DNA of 64,000 bases, from positions 55,738,001 to 55,802,000 of the forward strand of contig OX597822.1 in NCBI GenBank assembly GCA_951406725.2. Direction: 5' to 3'. Under the pieces are notes generated by a model that worked only from the letters and a program-made list of their open reading frames with translations, did no database searches and was not told where the DNA came from. The stretch comes from Octopus vulgaris. Taxonomy: Eukaryota. Both the position numbers and the translations under genes were made by a program. Shown here one piece after another: positions 57,849-64,000 of this stretch. Every line of letters starts with the position of its first letter. Position 1 is the first letter of the stretch.

Positions 57849-57883
57849 TTATTAAAAAGGAGATGTGGAACACGAGTTGTGAT

Positions 57884-58204
57884 ATATAAAAAAGGAAATG
57901 AAGAAAATGCTGACAAAATACTTTAAGTAATTTAAGTAATTTAATTAGGTGAAAGTTCTTTTTACCGGTTGCGCATTTATTATGCTTATCAAAAGATATT
58001 TTTTTTAAGAGAGATAGAGTTCTTTTCTGATAGATTTTTTCCTCTTATCTGATAAGAGGAAAAAATCTATCAGAAAAGAACTCTATCTCTCTTAAAAAAA
58101 TTATCTTTTGATAAGCATAATAAATGCGCAACCGGTAAAAGAACTTTCACCTAATTAAATTACTTAAATTACTTAAAGTATTTTGTCAGCATTTTCTTCA
58201 TTTC

Positions 58205-58214
<10 letters not shown>
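57884..58214. repeat. Near-perfect palindrome, ~165-bp arms, 1-nt spacer, with a variant hammerhead-like motif in each arm
   Basis: Centre CTCTTATC-T-GATAAGAG at 58050. The motif UUGAUAA-GCAU-AAUAA-AUGC-GCAA-CCGG-UA is at 58104-58142 (+) and ~57957-57997 (-). Confidence 0.9.
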
Positions 58215-58287
<73 letters not shown>

Positions 58288-58291
<4 letters not shown>

Positions 58292-58475
58292 AGAGTTTAC
58301 GATAAAACAATAAAAGACGAAGACAGGTGGTGTACAAAACAAACAGATGTATTAGTATAACGCTCAGGAATAGAAAAAGTCTTTTACGTTTCGAGCCTAC
58401 GCTCTTCAACAGAAAGGGACACAGAAAACAAGGAGAGAAAAAATTGTGTGTAGTGGCTAACGATCTATCATGGCG
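58288..58475 (-). mobile_element. ~185-bp TA-flanked repeat with hammerhead variant (same family as 23543-24105)
   Basis: 58381-58416 minus: CUUU-CUGUUGA-A-GAGC-GUAG-GCUC-GAAA-CG-UA-AAAG; a fragment also occurs at 58870-58915. Confidence 0.75.
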
Positions 58476-58584
58476 TGTGTATATATAAATATATATAGAT
58501 AGATTGATATTTAGATGTAGATAACTATATCTACCAATCCATCAGCTCCTCCCCGCTCTCTGTCTCTGTCTGTCTGTCTGCATG

Positions 58585-58658
<74 letters not shown>

Positions 58659-58818
58659 AAGGCACCAATTTGCGTTTCACCCCCTGGCCGATAACTGATG
58701 AGGAGTTGCGGACCTTCTGTGTCTGTTTTCCGTTCGTCTGTGCATTTATTATGTTTTTCAACTTGTCCTTCTGTGTTTGCATTCCGTTTGATTGTCTATT
58801 TACTATACGTTTTTTAAT

Positions 58819-58870
<52 letters not shown>

Positions 58871-59153
58871 CGGGAAGGTTTACGAAAATAAACAAAAGAC
58901 GAAGGCAGGTGGAGTACTTATATGTATGTATATATATATGTAATATAGGTTATGAGAGGTAATGGTGTCAAGAAGACCCAAAGGTGTGAGGTAATGCTGA
59001 GTAAGTGGTATGGACAGACTATCGTGAAGCTCCAGGTTCGGTGATTATGCGAATGAAGAGTCCAACGTATATCAACATGCGCATATATAAAAAAATTAAC
59101 AGAAAGAGATAAAAATCCAGCCTTGGATTCTTATTTCATTCCGTTAATTTTTT

Positions 59154-59186
<33 letters not shown>

Positions 59187-59187
59187 A

Positions 59188-59628
59188 GGCGTAGGTGTGG
59201 CTGTGTGGTAAGTAGCTTGCTTACCAACCACATAGTTCCGGGTTCAGTCCCACTGCGTGGCACCTTGGGCAAGTGTCTTCTACTATAACCTCGGACCGAC
59301 CAAAGCCTTGTGAGTGGATTTGGTAGACGGAAACTGAAAGAAGCCCGTCGTATATATGTATATATATATATATGTATGTGTATATATATATGTATGTGTA
59401 TATATATATATATGTATGTGTGTATATGATTGTGTGTCTGTGTTTGTCCCCCTAACATCGCTTGACAACCGATGCTGGTGCGTTTACGTCCCCGTAACCT
59501 AGTGGTTCGGCAAAAGAGACCGATAGAATAAGAACTAGGCTTACAAATATTAAGTCATGGGGTCGATTTGGTCGATTAAAGGCGGTGCTCCAGCATTGCC
59601 ACAGTCAAATGACTGAAACAAGTAAAAG

Positions 59629-59632
<4 letters not shown>
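59188..59632 (+). mobile_element. Full-length tRNA-derived SINE (family 1)
   Basis: Same head, body and tail as 38165-38610; flanked by (TA)n. Confidence 0.9.
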
Positions 59633-59695
<63 letters not shown>

Positions 59696-60193
59696 TATAG
59701 GAATAGATAGATAGATAGATATATATACGTCTGTTTATCTGTATCAAGTCATGTAGTCAGATACATAACTTAAAGGAAAAGTGAATCTGAAATATCGGCA
59801 TGTCCATTACTTTTTCAGAAAGGCTAAAATGAAGCAGGATATCTTCAAGCAAGGATCGAAATCATGTCTCTTTTTTTGTTCTACGTTTATTTCATGAGTG
59901 AAGTAATCAACAAAATTCTAACTGTTGCTGTTAAGAAACGCATTCCAGCCATGGTCACCTCTTTTATCAGGCCTTTGGCATCAGCATCGCCATCCAATGT
60001 GTTGCTTTTTGTTTTAGAAGTTAGGGTGTAAATTAATGACGATATTGTGCTGCTATTTCTAGCAGATATTGATACCGCGCACGCGATCCCTGGTTACCAC
60101 AAAATATTCGTGCGCACACACGCGCGCATGCACACACACAAACACAATTACAGATGCATTATATGTATATGTGTGAGTGTATTCATACATGTA

Positions 60194-60238
<45 letters not shown>

Positions 60239-60922
60239 ATGTATGTTATGTGTATGTGTACATAATATACATAATATATCTATTACTCTTCTAAGTATGT
60301 ATATCATTCAAGTGTGTATGAATGAGTGTGCATGTGTGTGTGTGTGTGCATGTATTTGTGCACGTGTGTGCGCGAGTATGTGCGTGTGTAAGTCATGTGA
60401 TGTTCTTACTGCATTTGCCCCGCACCCCTTATCCATTTTCTTTTGTTAGATATCTGTTATATCACTCATTTGTCAATAGCTAGCACTGTATCATTAAGAT
60501 TAGTTATTTTAAAATGGATCTCATCAAGTCTGAGTTTTATCAGTTTTACCCAGAAGTAAGCGTTAAATTAATGCAATTACCTTAAAAAGTTCTAAGATTG
60601 TGATGATCCGGTGAAGTTATCGTTGCTACATACAATGGTATCACGAACAATGATGTAGTTCGATTTAATGGACGTAATTTGTATTGCTTGAATGTCAATG
60701 CGAAAGACGGTAAAATCTTTCGAAATTGTTACAGCCTGAAGGAATGGCAGGTAATACCTACACGTCTGATCGCTTCTTACAAAGAACGTGATAGATAACA
60801 TGAAACTACATGCACACCACCTACTCATATAATATTCAGTTAATATCCTCTCATACATACACGCATAGAGGCACATGCAAATATACATACAACTCTGCTT
60901 ACGAAGATACAAATACGCTTAA

Positions 60923-60983
<61 letters not shown>

Positions 60984-61215
60984 CACATGCACACTTACAG
61001 ATGTGTAAACATATATATAAATACATGTATGTATATATACCTAATATGTACGTATATTTACATATGCAATTAGATGTATATGCATGTATAAAGTAACATA
61101 TATATAGATACAGATAGATAGAGATAAAGAGATAGATAGAAAGATAGATACATACATACATATTATTCACATACACACATATACAGAGATGATCATAATT
61201 GGGCTTGATACAAAG

Positions 61216-61252
<37 letters not shown>

Positions 61253-61321
61253 TATACAAGTGTATTTACATAGAGCACAAAAAAATACAGAAAAATTTCA
61301 AGAAGATATATAATTTCCTAA

Positions 61322-61469
61322 CCTGACAGCTGTTTCAGGGAGTTAAGCGTTACGTAATAATCATAATAGGCAGAATTTGCAGATGAAAAATGCAAAAAGG
61401 TCATGAGTATGTAACTCGTAACCAGTCACATGGGGATATTACAATTAGTCCTGCTCGCCTCATCAAAGG
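61322..61469 (-). ncRNA. Hammerhead-like motif with long stem II insertion
   Basis: CCU-UUGAUGA-GGCGAG(~110 nt)CUCCCU-GAAA-CAGCUG-UC-AGG; U3.G8 variant, palindromic stem III, GUC triplet. Confidence 0.55.
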
Positions 61470-61967
61470 ATGATTTCACGAGCGGTTAGTACACTACTGC
61501 TTGCAGATATAAACGGTCGAAGAAAGTAGTCAATTAATTAGTTATGAGTATTTAACTTTTGCTAATAGAAAGCAATTAATAAAATTTACACAGTCTAGGA
61601 AATTCTTGTAAATTCCAATTTTTATATTATGAAATGTGGTTTTCAAGTTTTTTTTATTTGAAATTTCAAGTACAGCATTCAATCATAACTACTAATTTTT
61701 AATCACTGTAATATAGTCATCATACTGTGTGAGACAGCTTTTTTAATGTCTTCGTTTATACCTTAGGCGACCTTTAACTTTCCAGATAAAGGTTGCCTAA
61801 ATATTTTCTAGGTTTTACTGATACGCCAGCAAAAAAATATTTCTCTAAATTATTGGTTTAATTCAGTATCCGTTCACATTTGTTGGGTTTCCTCGAAGAA
61901 ATAAAAAACTGAATGAGAAAATCGTTTTTAATTTACTTACGACAGTTGTACCAAATATAAACTTTAT

Positions 61968-62294
61968 TTACATTATTTACATTTGACGGATATTTGTCCT
62001 CGTCTTGTTTGTTGTTAACACACCATTTCGGCTGATATACCTTCGTGCCTTCATCAGGTAACTTGGGGAAATTTCGAACCTGGGTTCTAATTTCTAAGGT
62101 ATTTTTCGATGTTGTTGTTGTTGTTATTATTATTATTATTAATATTATTATTATTATTATTATTATTATTTACTCTTTTACCATTTTACTTGTTTCAGTC
62201 ATGTGGCCATGCTGGAGCACCACGCGCATATGGCGTAGTGGTTAAGAGCGCAGGCTACTAACCCCAAGATTCCGAGTTCGATTCCAGGTTGTGA

Positions 62295-62384
<90 letters not shown>

Positions 62385-62565
62385 CAATAATAATAATAAC
62401 AACAACAACTACAACAACAACGTCGAAAAATACCTTAGGAATGAGAACCCAGGTTCGAAATTTCCCTAAGACACCTGATGAAGGCTGGAGGGTATATCAG
62501 CCGAAACGGTGTGTTAACAACAAACAAGACGAGGACAAATATCCGTCAAATGTAAATAACGTAAA
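61968..62565. mobile_element. Inverted pair of ~150-bp hammerhead-bearing repeats enclosing (ATT)n, a SINE tail, a tRNA-like head and (AAT)n
   Basis: Arms 61968-62120 and 62415-62565. ACAC-CUGAUGA-A-GGCUG..CAGCC-GAAA-CG-GU-GUGU is at 62471-62514 (+), with its counterpart at 62018-62060 (-). Confidence 0.8.
62225..62296 (+). pseudogene. tRNA-derived sequence (SINE head or tRNA pseudogene)
   Basis: A box TGGCGTAGTGG and B box GAGTTCGATTCC; anticodon and acceptor stems pair poorly; followed by (AAT)n. Confidence 0.65.
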
Positions 62566-63149
62566 TGATGTACATAATTCCTCATCTCTAAAATATAGAA
62601 CTGAAATACAAACTTGTCTCATATTCTTTCAACTTGCAATGTTTTTAAAATACCATCATTATAGGAGACTGTTAGACAAGAAGATAAGAACTATTACATG
62701 AAATCTGTTATATATTTCGATAGTTAATTCCTTTGCTAAAACCTCTATTGTTTGTGTAATCATCGTTCATATAATGAACGGAAATAAAAATCATTTCCTA
62801 TCTTCGTACATATGTAATTATGTGTTCATATAAGTTATTAATATTAAAATGCACAAATATATATATGTATTGATGGAAATGTAATGCAGAGGGAAACTAA
62901 GTTAGCGTTAGGTGTAGAAGTCAACATCCAGGTAGAACTCGATAAATCTGACAAACAACTTCGATGTGTAAGTCATGGTAAAAAATAGACTGTCCAATGC
63001 TACGAAAAACACGACAACAACAGCAAAAATATACTCAACAATCAATATCTGAAATCTCAACAACAATCACCAAACAAAAAGAACGTCAAGCAGAATATAC
63101 AAACAGTTGGAAAATACAAAAAAGATCAAGTACATTAGCGATACTGACG

Positions 63150-63260
63150 AAGACGACAACTGCAACAACAACAACAACAACAACAGCAGTAGCAACAACA
63201 ACAGCAGCAGCAGCAACAACAACAGCAAGCAACAGCAACAACAACAACAACAACAACAGT
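63150..63260. repeat. (CAA/CAG)n microsatellite
   Basis: Direct inspection. Confidence 0.9.
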
Positions 63261-64000
63261 CAAGAATAGCAACATTCTCAGCTACATCATCTTCTGAAAC
63301 AAAAACTAGAATGAAGGTAAAGGGAATTCGTCAAATTATCATCAAAGAACACTTAGTAATGACGGTCACACTAAGAGCACTTGCTGAACAGGTCCCCTGA
63401 TATCTTGATGGTATTTTAAAGTACTACAAGGACCTTTGAGCAATTCTGAAATTGCATTTACTTGGTGTGCCGGTCAAAGAATAACCGACACCTTTCACTT
63501 ATTCTCTGCCAGCCTGTCGGATATGTAGCTATTAGCGAGATAAGGATTTCCGAAATGCACGTACTAGCATTCATTATTTATGACTACTACTCTTACGTGC
63601 CTTTTGTTTGGTCCAGATTGATTGAAGTAGCAGTGTTGCTTCGAAAAAGTTTGGGTATCGAGGAACAGACAATCTTCCAAGACCCAAATAATCACAGAAC
63701 GTGAACTGCAAAGAAGACCACGCCTTTAGACTAAATTTCATTTCTACACCCCTTTGGAAAGAGCGGCTGAATCTCTTCAGGTTTCAGGGAGAATACTTAT
63801 CGTTCATAATTACGAATGTGTGACATGGCTAACACCTAGGATTGTGTAAGAGAAGCCGATAGGAGAGTAAGAATAAAATCCCCGAAGAACCGTCCTGATA
63901 AATCCAACTGTATGATACTTAACGACAAAATTTCCCGAATGTACCAATTTAACTAGGACAAATTATTCAGGTTGTATTAAAAAGAGTGTTTATTGAGAGA

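Noticed and set aside
58692-58720. CTGATGA-GGAG...CTTC half hammerhead
   Set aside because: No GAAA/NUH half follows; at most a truncated remnant.
62225-62296. Functional tRNA-Ser(ACT) gene
   Set aside because: The acceptor and anticodon stems do not pair and there is no T-run terminator; better read as a SINE head or pseudogene.
62997-63400. Poly-Q/N/T ORFs suggesting a low-complexity host protein
   Set aside because: Explained by a (CAA/CAG)n microsatellite; no domain or splice support.
63730-63790. Minus-strand CTGAAGA...GAAA
   Set aside because: Stems I-III and a cleavage triplet could not be built convincingly.

Overview
AT-rich, microsatellite-laden eukaryotic DNA. The SINE, LINE and microsatellite landscape suggests a cephalopod (octopus-like); this is inferred, not searched. 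No intact host gene was recognised, and the window is almost entirely transposon-derived. Retroelements: two gag/ORF1-only elements with a CCHC knuckle, three APE+RT LINE copies (Proto2/CR1-group-like) in (TA)n tracts, two R4/Dong-like RLE LINEs in (TAA)n tracts, an RTE 3' end and many tRNA-derived SINEs. DNA elements: a piggyBac nested in one Dong copy with a TTAA TSD, plus hAT, mariner/Tc1 and Helitron remnants. The main hidden signal is non-coding: about 17 minimal type I hammerhead-ribozyme-like motifs from about 10 unrelated sequence families. They include a 3.1-copy ~545-bp tandem array with an intact hammerhead in each full unit and an inverted terminal copy (retrozyme/Penelope pseudo-LTR architecture). 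Many microsatellite-anchored hairpins and non-canonical core variants also occur. The 3' tail of the dominant SINE matches the 3' tail of the neighbouring LINE, with a covarying hairpin. Coordinates of degenerate elements are approximate and were read by eye.
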